Below, piece by piece: positions 36,645 to 44,914 of a stretch of DNA of 64,000 nucleotides (its first letter is position 1; every line of letters starts with the position of its first letter). This DNA comes from Verrucomicrobiales bacterium (GTDB lineage: Bacteria > Verrucomicrobiota > Verrucomicrobiia > Verrucomicrobiales > Verrucomicrobiaceae): NCBI GenBank assembly GCA_043770175.1, contig JAYVIO010000332.1:2213-66212 (forward strand). The letters are read 5' to 3'. The notes under the pieces were generated by a model, which was given only the letters and a program-made list of their open reading frames with translations, did not search any database and was not told the origin of the DNA. The position numbers and the translations under genes were made by a program.

Positions 36645-36833
36645 CCCGGCTCATTTTCAACCAGAGCGGACTCATTCAGTCTGAACATGAGATCATCCTG
36701 ATCTGGAATGAATCCAAATGAGCTAAAAATGAACTCATTCACTGCCAGAATGAATTCATTTCCGGCACACATGAGTTCATTGCCAGCGTGGATGAATTGA
36801 CTGGAGATCGGGATGATCTGCCACCAGCGCCGC
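36645..36833. repeat. Phased 21-nt degenerate repeat array with ATGAnnTCAT palindromic core (9 units)
   Basis: ATGA at 36687, 36708, 36729, 36750, 36771, 36792 and 36813; in-phase TCAT at 36651, 36672, 36693, 36735, 36756 and 36777. Confidence 0.85.
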
Positions 36834-36984
36834 AGCGGCCCAGCTAGCGCAGAAATGAGCGGATGACCACGCGGAATGGATTCTGTCACGCCGCATGAAA
36901 AGTGTTGAACGCCGCGTATCTGCCCGCGTCAAAGTGAGCAAGGCTGTGCCACACGGTGCGGCTGAAACAACCGCTGTTCCTGCT

Positions 36985-37701
36985 ATGGCACGCTTTGATG
37001 ACCCCTCTGTGCGCTTCGACGCACCGGGGATTTTTTTTGACCTGCCGGAACCAGGGGCGGCACCAAGAACCAAAAGTATGTCCAAGCCAAAACTCAATCT
37101 GCAAGGGGTCGATCCCCTGTCCAAGGTGCAACTGGTGAATGACATCGTTACCCAGATGACGGGCAACGCGAATTTCACCACGCCCACCCCCACGCTGGCT
37201 GCGCTCACCACCAAGAGTGACGCGCTGTCGGCTGTCATCAGCCAGATCGCCCTCACGGAACAGCAGCTCGAACAGCACAACGTCACGCAGGACACCGTCG
37301 TCACGGAGCTGGATGCGTTGCTCACCGCGCTGATGGGCTATGTGGAAAGCGCCAGCGGTGGCGAGGAGGCCAAAATCCTCTCCGCCGGCATGGGCGTGCG
37401 TGGCAAACCCACGCCACCCAGCCCGATGCCACAGGTGACGGGCCTGGAGGCCAAAGCGGGTGACGATGCAGGAGTGATCCTGCTGCGTCACGGTGCCGTG
37501 AAGGGTGCCAAGGTGTATGAGCGCCAGCGCAGTCCTGATCCGTTCACCAACGCAAGCTGGGTGAATCTGGATGCGAGCACCAAGGCCAGCAGCACTGTGA
37601 CGGACCTGCCGAGTGCAACGCGCTGCTGGTTCCGCGTGCGTGCCGTGGGTGCCAAAGGCCCCGGCCCGTGGAGTGATCCCGCCATCAAGACGGTGCCGTG
37701 A
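36985..37701 (+). CDS. Helical N-domain + C-terminal fibronectin type III domain protein (no signal peptide)
   Basis: C-terminal PQVTGL...WFRVRAVGAKGPGPWSDP is a typical Fn3 ending; start uncertain (36985 MARFDD or 37078 MSKPKL). Confidence 0.75.
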   Translation: MARFDDPSVRFDAPGIFFDLPEPGAAPRTKSMSKPKLNLQGVDPLSKVQLVNDIVTQMTGNANFTTPTPTLAALTTKSDALSAVISQIALTEQQLEQHNVTQDTVVTELDALLTALMGYVESASGGEEAKILSAGMGVRGKPTPPSPMPQVTGLEAKAGDDAGVILLRHGAVKGAKVYERQRSPDPFTNASWVNLDASTKASSTVTDLPSATRCWFRVRAVGAKGPGPWSDPAIKTVP

Positions 37702-37727
37702 AGCGGCGTGCGGCCCGCCGCGCTCCT

Positions 37728-37860
37728 GTTGGCGATGGTTGACATCGCTGAAGGGCGCGGCCAGCCCAGCAGTGCTGCGCACCGCTTTGCAGGCGAGCGC
37801 CGTTGGCAGTGGTTTCAATCCACTGCCAACCACCGTCAACAACAGTCAACCACCATCAAC
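37728..37860. repeat. Structured intergenic element: 11-bp hairpin plus 10-nt CAAC-phased repeats and their inverse
   Basis: gttggcagtgg/ccactgccaac stem (37802-37830); CAAC at 37827, 37837, 37847 and 37857; GTTG at 37728 and 37738. Confidence 0.7.
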
Positions 37861-37871
37861 TTTTCATCGCC

Positions 37872-38789
37872 ATGCCCTACGACCCTATGTTTCCGCTCAC
37901 CAATGCCGCGCTGGTTTCAGCACAGTTCCGCACGCAATTTGCCGCTTTGTTTGATCTCATTCAAAGCATCCCCGTCGGGCCGCCCGGACAAAACGGCAGC
38001 GATGGCACCAGCGTCACCGGCGCGGTGATCGACAACACCACCACGCTCAATCCCGGCAACCCGGCGGAAGCCAGCGTGAGCTGGGATGGGGCGAACGTGC
38101 GTTTCACGTTTGGCATCCCACGCGGACAGGACGGCGTGAGCAGCCCGCCCATCACGAGTTTCATCATCGATGGCGTGAACACCCTGAACCCCGGCGACAA
38201 TGCCACGGTGCAGACCAGTTTTGATGGTGCCAATGTGCGGCTGCTGTTTGGCATTCCGCGTGGGAATGACGGCACGAATGGCAGCAACGGCAACGATGGC
38301 GGCCAAGGCCCGCCGTTCACCAACTTCATCGTCGATGGCGTCAACATGCTGAACCCGACTGATCCCGCGACGGTGCAGACGAACTTCGATGGCAACGCCG
38401 TGCGGATGATCTTCAACCTGCCGCGTGGTTTTACCGGCAACGATGGTGGCACGGGTGCGCAAGGCGGACCGGGGCCGCAGGGGCCGCCGTTTGCGAACGC
38501 GGTGGTGGATGGCGTCCTCACGCTACCCGCCGGTGAGAACGCGACGGTGCAGACGAACTTTGATGGCAGCAATGTGCGCTTTCAGTTCGGCATTCCGCGC
38601 GGCAATGACGGCGGCAGCGGTCCGCAAGGCCAGCCGGGCGAAGTGACGAACGCGCAGCTCAACAGCGCGATCAGCGGCACAAGCAACAACAGCAACGGCG
38701 TGAGCACGCTGGACACAGCCTTCACCGATCCCGATGCGGAATCGTTGCGTCAGGCGTTCAACGCGCTGGTGCTGGCGCTGCGGCGGTGA
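37872..38789 (+). CDS. Collagen-like/tail-fibre-like repeat protein (305 aa, no signal peptide)
   Basis: Four repeats of ~38 aa ending in (I/L)PRG, separated by short Gly-X-Y runs (GPPGQNGSDG, GAQGGPGPQGPP); helical C-terminus. Confidence 0.8.
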   Translation: MPYDPMFPLTNAALVSAQFRTQFAALFDLIQSIPVGPPGQNGSDGTSVTGAVIDNTTTLNPGNPAEASVSWDGANVRFTFGIPRGQDGVSSPPITSFIIDGVNTLNPGDNATVQTSFDGANVRLLFGIPRGNDGTNGSNGNDGGQGPPFTNFIVDGVNMLNPTDPATVQTNFDGNAVRMIFNLPRGFTGNDGGTGAQGGPGPQGPPFANAVVDGVLTLPAGENATVQTNFDGSNVRFQFGIPRGNDGGSGPQGQPGEVTNAQLNSAISGTSNNSNGVSTLDTAFTDPDAESLRQAFNALVLALRR

Positions 38790-38848
38790 CAACACGCTGC
38801 ACCTGAACTACAGCGGGGCAGATCACATTCCAATGCTCGGCTGAAACC

Positions 38849-38876
38849 TTATTCACAGCCGCTGCGTTTATTCACA
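38849..38876 (+). promoter_or_regulatory. Two DnaA-box matches upstream of smc
   Basis: TTATTCACA at 38849-38857 and 38868-38876, both matching the consensus TTWTNCACA. Confidence 0.55.
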
Positions 38877-39051
38877 GCGCACGGCCCCTGAAAAATCCCA
38901 CATCTTGCTTCGGAGTCCTTAACTAAGCCCAAGATAAGGGAAAAATGGCCTTCGTTCTTGCGGGCAGGGGGCATGGAATGGTTCAATCCACCTCAGCACT
39001 TCCTTTTTCTGGCATTCGTCATTCCTCATTCATCCTTCGACCTTTTTCATC

Positions 39052-42000
39052 ATGTATCTCAAGAGCCTCACCCTTCACGGCTTCAAGTCCTTCGCGGACA
39101 AGACCCACTTTGAATTCCACAAAGGCGTCACCGGCATCGTTGGTCCCAACGGCTGCGGTAAATCGAACGTGGTCGATGCCATCCGCTGGGTGCTCGGCGA
39201 AACCTCTGCCAAGGCGCTGCGTGGCGATGAAATGGCCGACGTCATCTTCAACGGCACCGACAAGCGCAAGCCCGTGGGTCTTGCCGAAGTCACGCTCACG
39301 ATGGCGGATTGCGAAGAGTCGCTGAAGGTCGATTTCAATGAGGTCGCGCTGACACGCCGCGTGTTCCGCGATGGTCGCAGCGAATACCGCCTCAACAACA
39401 CGGTCTGCCGTCTCAAGGACATCCACGATCTCATCGCCGGCACCGGCATTGGCCGCGCCGCTTACTCGATCATGGCACAGGGCCAGATCGACATGCTGCT
39501 CAGTTCGAAGCCCGAAGATCGACGCACCGTCTTTGAAGAAGCTGCCGGCATCACCAAGTTCAAATCGCAGAAGCGGGAAGCGCTGCGCAAACTTGAATAC
39601 ACCGAGGCCAATCTGCTTCGTGTCGCCGACATTGTCGCCGAAGTGAAGCGTCAGATGGGCACCTTGCAGCGTCAGGCGGCCAAAGCACGCCGTTATCAAA
39701 CCCTGCTCGAAGACACACGACTGCTCGACACCCACCTCGCGCACAAGCAATACACCGAATTCAGCGGCGAGAAGTCCGAGGCCGAGACCCAGGTGCGCGT
39801 GATGGCCAACCAGATCGAGGAACTGCAGCGCAAACTGCAAACCGCCGAAACGGAAGCCGCGCAAACGCGTGAAGCTTACCACGCGCTCGAATCGCAGATC
39901 AGTCAGGCGCGTCAGCAAGCGCAGGAACTCCGCTCGCAGATGCAGAGCGCCGAAGGTCGCATCGGTTTCAACAAGGAGCGCAGCGAGGAACTCGAAGGGC
40001 GTATCCGCCAGAACGAGGAGCAGATCGCTGCCAACGAAGAACTGCTCGATCAGGCCCGTCGCGATCTTGCCAATGCCGATGAGCAGCTTCTCGCGATCAC
40101 CGACAACATTCAGACGCGTCAGTTCGCGATGAACGAGCACTCCAGCGTGCATCAGAGCATCCTGCCAGAGCGCAACCGCCTCGACAGCGACCGCCGCAGT
40201 ATTCGCGAGTCGATTCGCCAGTTCGAAGGCCAGATGGCCGCCAGCGAAGCGCGTGCGCAGTCCTTGAGCAATCAAATCTCCGCTGACCGTCAGCGTTTCG
40301 AGTCTCTCGCCCATGATCGTCAAACCGCAGCGCAGGCCCGCGAGTCCAGCCAGATCGAATTCGACGAACTGCAGCGCAACATCCAGGAACTCGAAGAAAC
40401 GCGCAACCAGCTCGACGAGAAGGCCAAGGACTGCGCCCGCGAGATCATCGAACGCCGCCGTCAGCGCGACGCGATGAACAACGAACTCAACGACCTCCAA
40501 CGCAATCTCACCCAGCGCAAGTCACGCCTCGAAATCCTCGAACAACTGCTGCAAAAAGGCGAAGGTCTCTCCTCCGGCACGCAAAGCGTGCTTAGCGGCC
40601 TCGACAACCCGGACGTTTACTCAACCGGCGTGCGCGGCTTGCTGGCTTCCAGCATTGAAGTCGATCCCGATTTCATTCCTGCCATCGAAGCCGCGCTCAA
40701 AGATCATTTGCAAGCCGTGTTGCTCACCGAAAGCGAACTCGCCGCGCAGATCATCGACCGCCTCACCGATCACAAGATGGGCCGAGCCTCGCTCGTGCCG
40801 CATGATTTCTGCAATCTGCGCAACGCCGCAGATCGCGAACTCATGCCCGCCGGTGCCATCGCCTGGGCCACAGACAAGGTGCGCGTCAAAACCGGCGTGC
40901 AGAGCCTCATTGATCACCTGCTGCACAACGTCGTCATCGTCGATGACCTGCACACCGCGCTGCGCATGAAGCGTGAGATGCCGCACCTCGCCATCGCCAC
41001 GATGCGCGGCGAATTCATCTCCACCGACGGCATCATCAACGGCGGTGCAAGCAAGGAAGAAGGCTCCTCCACCCTACGTCGCGAAGCAGAAGTGCGCCAG
41101 CTCCGCACCGAGGTCGAAGCGCTCGAACTCCAGTTCATGGAGAAGGAAGACGCGGTAAAAGCCGTCAGCGCCCAGCTCGAAGACATGCAGCGTGAGGAAG
41201 TTTCCCTGCGCGAGCAAAGCCAGCGTGCACGTGAAGGATTCTCGCAGTTCCAGGGTAAGATCAGCGTCGTCCAGCGTGCGCTGCAACAAGCCACCGCGAA
41301 GCTCGAAAGCGTCGAGTGGGACCAGAACCAGATTCAAGAGCGCATCGGCGGCTCCGAAAGCCAGATCAATCAACTCCGCGAGGCTGCCGCCATCGCGCAG
41401 GAGCAGCTTGAATCCTCCCGCGTCCGCGAAGGCGAACTGGAACTCGAAATGGAATCCTTCCTGCGCCGTGAACTCGAATCCAGCGAGCGCCTCAACGAGT
41501 TGCGCACCGCACTCGCTCTTGAGCAGAGCGCGTTGCATTCCATCGAACGCCAGAAGGCTCCGCTCGGCGTGCGCTTGCAGGAACTGCAAGCTGGCATGAA
41601 CCGTTTCTCCGAAGAGATCAACACCTGGCGCGTCCGCATCCAGCAAAGCGATGCTGAAAACGCCCGCTTCCAGGAGCAGATCGAATCCCAGCGCGGAGCC
41701 ATCGCCGCCATCGAAGAACATCTCCATGCCCGCACGGAAGAACGGGCCGGATTGTTCGAGCAGGTCAGCCAGCTCGAAACCCAGCTCACGCAGCTGCGTC
41801 AGAGCTACAACGGCATCAACGAATCCCGCAACCGCGCCGAAGTCGCGCTGACGCGAGTCGATCTCCGCCTCGAAAACCTCATCAATCAAGTTCAAGAGCG
41901 CTATAGCTTCCACATCGACGCCTTTGAGCCTGATTACCATGTGCTCATGGTCACGATCGAGGAGCAGAAGAAAAATCGCAGCCGTGGCAAGAAGGCCGCG

Positions 42001-42972
42001 GCGAATGCTGCTGAGGTCGCCTCAGATGGCACACCGTCGGACGTGTCTGACACGTCCGACCAGTCAGACACCACCGAAGAATCCCAAGAACACGTTGTTC
42101 CTGCGATCTCAAACCGTGATGACGACGAAGACCTCGAAAACATCGTCATCCCTGGCGAAGAAGCACAGCCCGACTGGGCCTTCGTCATGGAAGTCGTCTA
42201 TGAACTGCGTCAGAAGCTCGAAGGCATCGGCCCGGTCAATCTGGATGCCATTCAGGAGTTCGAAGAACTCGAAGAACGTCACAACTTCCTCGACACCCAG
42301 CACAACGATCTCGTCAAATCGAAGGACGAACTGCTCCAGGTCATCGCGAAGATCAACGAGACCACGAAGACCATGTTCGTCGAAACGTTCACGCAGGTGC
42401 GCGGCTTCTTCCACGACAACTTCCGCGAACTCTTTGGCGCTCAGGCCAAGGCCGACCTCATGCTCATTGACGAGGGCGATCCGCTGGAATCCGGCATCGA
42501 AATCATCGCCAAGCCGCCGGGCAAGAAGCTGCAAACCATCAGCCTCCTTTCCGGTGGCGAGCGCAGCATGACCGCTGTGGCGCTGCTGTTCTCGATCTAT
42601 CAGGTCAAGCCCAGCCCGTTCTGCGTGCTGGATGAGCTGGACGCCCCGCTCGATGAAACGAACATCGGCCGCTTCCTCAAGATGCTCGACAAGTTCATCG
42701 ACAACTCGCAGTTCATCATCGTCACGCACAACAAGCGCACCATGAGCCGTGCAGACGTGATCTACGGTGTCACCATGCAGGAATTCGGCATCAGCAAGCC
42801 CGTCGGCGTGCGCATGACCACCGAGGATACTCGTGGCACGACCAAATCCGTGGAGGAACTCCAACTCGACGCCCCCGCCGACCGGCCGCGCCTCGAAAGC
42901 ATGGACGAACAGCAGGAACGCCTCACCGAGATCGAAGAGCTGGAAGAGGCATCACCGGCGGTGTTGGTGTAG
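39052..42972 (+). CDS. smc: Chromosome segregation protein SMC
   Basis: GPNGCGKSN Walker A, hinge region, LSGGE signature, CVLDELDAPLD, VTHNK. Confidence 0.98.
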   Translation: MYLKSLTLHGFKSFADKTHFEFHKGVTGIVGPNGCGKSNVVDAIRWVLGETSAKALRGDEMADVIFNGTDKRKPVGLAEVTLTMADCEESLKVDFNEVALTRRVFRDGRSEYRLNNTVCRLKDIHDLIAGTGIGRAAYSIMAQGQIDMLLSSKPEDRRTVFEEAAGITKFKSQKREALRKLEYTEANLLRVADIVAEVKRQMGTLQRQAAKARRYQTLLEDTRLLDTHLAHKQYTEFSGEKSEAETQVRVMANQIEELQRKLQTAETEAAQTREAYHALESQISQARQQAQELRSQMQSAEGRIGFNKERSEELEGRIRQNEEQIAANEELLDQARRDLANADEQLLAITDNIQTRQFAMNEHSSVHQSILPERNRLDSDRRSIRESIRQFEGQMAASEARAQSLSNQISADRQRFESLAHDRQTAAQARESSQIEFDELQRNIQELEETRNQLDEKAKDCAREIIERRRQRDAMNNELNDLQRNLTQRKSRLEILEQLLQKGEGLSSGTQSVLSGLDNPDVYSTGVRGLLASSIEVDPDFIPAIEAALKDHLQAVLLTESELAAQIIDRLTDHKMGRASLVPHDFCNLRNAADRELMPAGAIAWATDKVRVKTGVQSLIDHLLHNVVIVDDLHTALRMKREMPHLAIATMRGEFISTDGIINGGASKEEGSSTLRREAEVRQLRTEVEALELQFMEKEDAVKAVSAQLEDMQREEVSLREQSQRAREGFSQFQGKISVVQRALQQATAKLESVEWDQNQIQERIGGSESQINQLREAAAIAQEQLESSRVREGELELEMESFLRRELESSERLNELRTALALEQSALHSIERQKAPLGVRLQELQAGMNRFSEEINTWRVRIQQSDAENARFQEQIESQRGAIAAIEEHLHARTEERAGLFEQVSQLETQLTQLRQSYNGINESRNRAEVALTRVDLRLENLINQVQERYSFHIDAFEPDYHVLMVTIEEQKKNRSRGKKAAANAAEVASDGTPSDVSDTSDQSDTTEESQEHVVPAISNRDDDEDLENIVIPGEEAQPDWAFVMEVVYELRQKLEGIGPVNLDAIQEFEELEERHNFLDTQHNDLVKSKDELLQVIAKINETTKTMFVETFTQVRGFFHDNFRELFGAQAKADLMLIDEGDPLESGIEIIAKPPGKKLQTISLLSGGERSMTAVALLFSIYQVKPSPFCVLDELDAPLDETNIGRFLKMLDKFIDNSQFIIVTHNKRTMSRADVIYGVTMQEFGISKPVGVRMTTEDTRGTTKSVEELQLDAPADRPRLESMDEQQERLTEIEELEEASPAVLV

Positions 42973-42985
42973 GCGGCTGCGCTGC

Positions 42986-43046
42986 GTCAAAAGATCAAGT
43001 TGGTCAAGGGTCACGATCCTGACCGCTTGACCTCTTGACCGTTGAC
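42986..43046. repeat. Palindromic short-tandem element (TCAA / TTGAC units)
   Basis: gtcaa-aagatcaa-gttggtcaa-gggtca followed by tgacc-gcttgacc-tcttgacc-gttgac. Confidence 0.65.
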
Positions 43047-43059
43047 GCTCCTGTCCGGC

Positions 43060-44484
43060 ATGACCTTCACCATCGAGTCCTTTCAGTTTCATGTGCTGCC
43101 GATGCACACGCGGTTTCCGTTCAAGTACGGCATCGCCAGCATGAGTGCGCTGCCGCATTTGTTTGTGACGGTGAACTTGCAGGTGAATGGCAAAGCGGTG
43201 CGCGGCCTGGCGAGCGAAGGACTGCCGCCGAAGTGGTTCACGAAGGATCCGGACACGTTGTTTGAGATCGATTTGGCGGAGATGATCGCGGTGATTCAGA
43301 ATGCCTCGCGCATTGCACGACTGGCCGCAGAGAAGCCGACAGGATTCTTCGCATGGTGGCAGAACCTGTATGCAGAGCAAACAAACTGGGCCCAGGTGAA
43401 AGCGGTACCGCCGCTGCTGGCGAATCTGGGCGTGAGTTTGATCGAGCGTGCGGTGCTCGATGGTCTGTGCAAGGCGCTGGGACAACCGCTGCATGCGGTG
43501 CTGCGCTCAGACGTGCTCGGCATTGATCTCGGTGCCGTGCGTGAGGAACTGCGTGGCATGCGGGTGAGCGATGTGATCGCCCCGCAGCCGCTGGCACGCG
43601 TGCATGCGCGGCACACGGTCGGTCTCGGCGATCCGCTCACGGCGGCGGATGGCACCTTGAATGACGGGCTGCCCTACACGCTGGAGGAAAACATCCGTGC
43701 CTACGGCCTGCGCTACTTCAAGATCAAAGTTTGTGGCAAATCGGAGACCGATCTGCCGCGTCTGAGTGAGATCACGCGCGTCATCACTGCGAACTGCCCC
43801 GATGGCTTTCATGCGACGCTGGATGGCAACGAGCAGTTCTACGATCTGGCGAGCTTCCGTGATTTTTACGCGACGCTGAGCGCCGATGCCGCACTCGCGC
43901 CGTTGTTCCGCAGCCTGCTGCTGATCGAACAGCCGTTGCATCGCTCCAAAGCGCTGAACGAGGCCATCGGAGACAGTTTGGGCATGATCATCGACGAAAG
44001 CGACGGCTCCCTGGCCGATCTGCCGCTCGCGCTGGACCTCGGCTATCGCGGCACGAGCCACAAGAACTGCAAAGGCATCGTCAAAGGCCTCGCCAACGCC
44101 GCCCTGCTAAAAAAACGCGCCGCCAACATCCCCGGCGGCCCGATCTTGAGCGGCGAAGACCTCGCAAACGCGGGTCCGGTGGCCTTGCTGCAAGATTTGA
44201 GCGTCATGGCCCTGCTCGGCATCACGCATGTGGAACGCAACGGTCATCATTACTTCCGAGGTCTGAGCATGCACTCATCCGCAACACAAGACTCGATGAT
44301 CGGGCGGCATGCGGACTTGTATCAACGCCACACCGATGGTTTTGCCACACTGCGCATCGAGAAGGGCACGCTCGATCTGGAAAGCGTGAATGCCGCTCCC
44401 TTTGGCTGCGGCATCACGCTGGATGTGACTCAGTTCGAGCCATTGAATGACTGGATCAAGCGGGGTGGGATGGCGGAGCTGTGA
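43060..44484 (+). CDS. Uncharacterised enolase/mandelate-racemase superfamily protein
   Basis: KxK motif (YFKIKV) and metal-ligand motifs LDGNEQ, IEQPL and IDES; start trimmed to the ATG at 43060. Confidence 0.7.
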   Translation: MTFTIESFQFHVLPMHTRFPFKYGIASMSALPHLFVTVNLQVNGKAVRGLASEGLPPKWFTKDPDTLFEIDLAEMIAVIQNASRIARLAAEKPTGFFAWWQNLYAEQTNWAQVKAVPPLLANLGVSLIERAVLDGLCKALGQPLHAVLRSDVLGIDLGAVREELRGMRVSDVIAPQPLARVHARHTVGLGDPLTAADGTLNDGLPYTLEENIRAYGLRYFKIKVCGKSETDLPRLSEITRVITANCPDGFHATLDGNEQFYDLASFRDFYATLSADAALAPLFRSLLLIEQPLHRSKALNEAIGDSLGMIIDESDGSLADLPLALDLGYRGTSHKNCKGIVKGLANAALLKKRAANIPGGPILSGEDLANAGPVALLQDLSVMALLGITHVERNGHHYFRGLSMHSSATQDSMIGRHADLYQRHTDGFATLRIEKGTLDLESVNAAPFGCGITLDVTQFEPLNDWIKRGGMAEL

Positions 44485-44488
44485 ACGC

Positions 44489-44914
44489 TCAGACAACCAT
44501 GAGTTTCGCCGCGCGCTGGCGTGGCTTCACATGCTGTTCGCTAAGACGTTCCAGTAGTGCTGGCGCATCATCCGTCATCGCGGTGCGCATCTCGCCAAAG
44601 CGGAAGACCGATTCACGCGGTCTCACTAGCTCCTGGAAGATGCTCTTCGCCAGCCGTTGGTCTGGGGTGGCCTGCACGAGTGTGCAAACACGCTCAAGCT
44701 CGGCAATCATCGCCTGCCGTTGGCGCAGGTAATTCTCCGCCGTCACACTGGGAAAAAATTGCGTCACCCGTTTCACATCCTGCTCATCCCCCGCATGACC
44801 GCACCATCCGGTGCCCACATCATGCACCACCACGCCCACGTTCACAAACTCCCCCGTCTCCGGGTAGGGCAGGTAACGGAGCACCGCGTAGTTGCAGATG
44901 TGATTGGGATTCAT
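44489..44914 (-). CDS. DUF3037-domain protein (141 aa)
   Basis: YAVLRYLPYPETGEFVNVGVVV is the DUF3037 N-terminal signature; the start overlaps the kinase stop. Confidence 0.85.
   Translation of the reverse strand: MNPNHICNYAVLRYLPYPETGEFVNVGVVVHDVGTGWCGHAGDEQDVKRVTQFFPSVTAENYLRQRQAMIAELERVCTLVQATPDQRLAKSIFQELVRPRESVFRFGEMRTAMTDDAPALLERLSEQHVKPRQRAAKLMVV

Larger units (their letters stand above)
29731..38800. mobile_element. Accessory genomic island (secreted-fibre/effector module), no integrase seen
   Basis: Hypothetical genes between core genes (VWA gene, smc); low-GC left part (spot counts 40-52% vs 65% in a core gene line); truncated TA locus at the left edge. Confidence 0.55.

Noticed and set aside
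36645-36833. CRISPR array interpretation of the 21-nt periodic repeat
   Set aside because: The conserved core is only ~10 nt and degenerate, spacers are 11 nt, and there are no cas genes.
29970-38800. Prophage or integrative element interpretation of the island
   Set aside because: No integrase, terminase, capsid, relaxase or transposase, no adjacent tRNA attachment site, and no matching long repeats seen at both ends.
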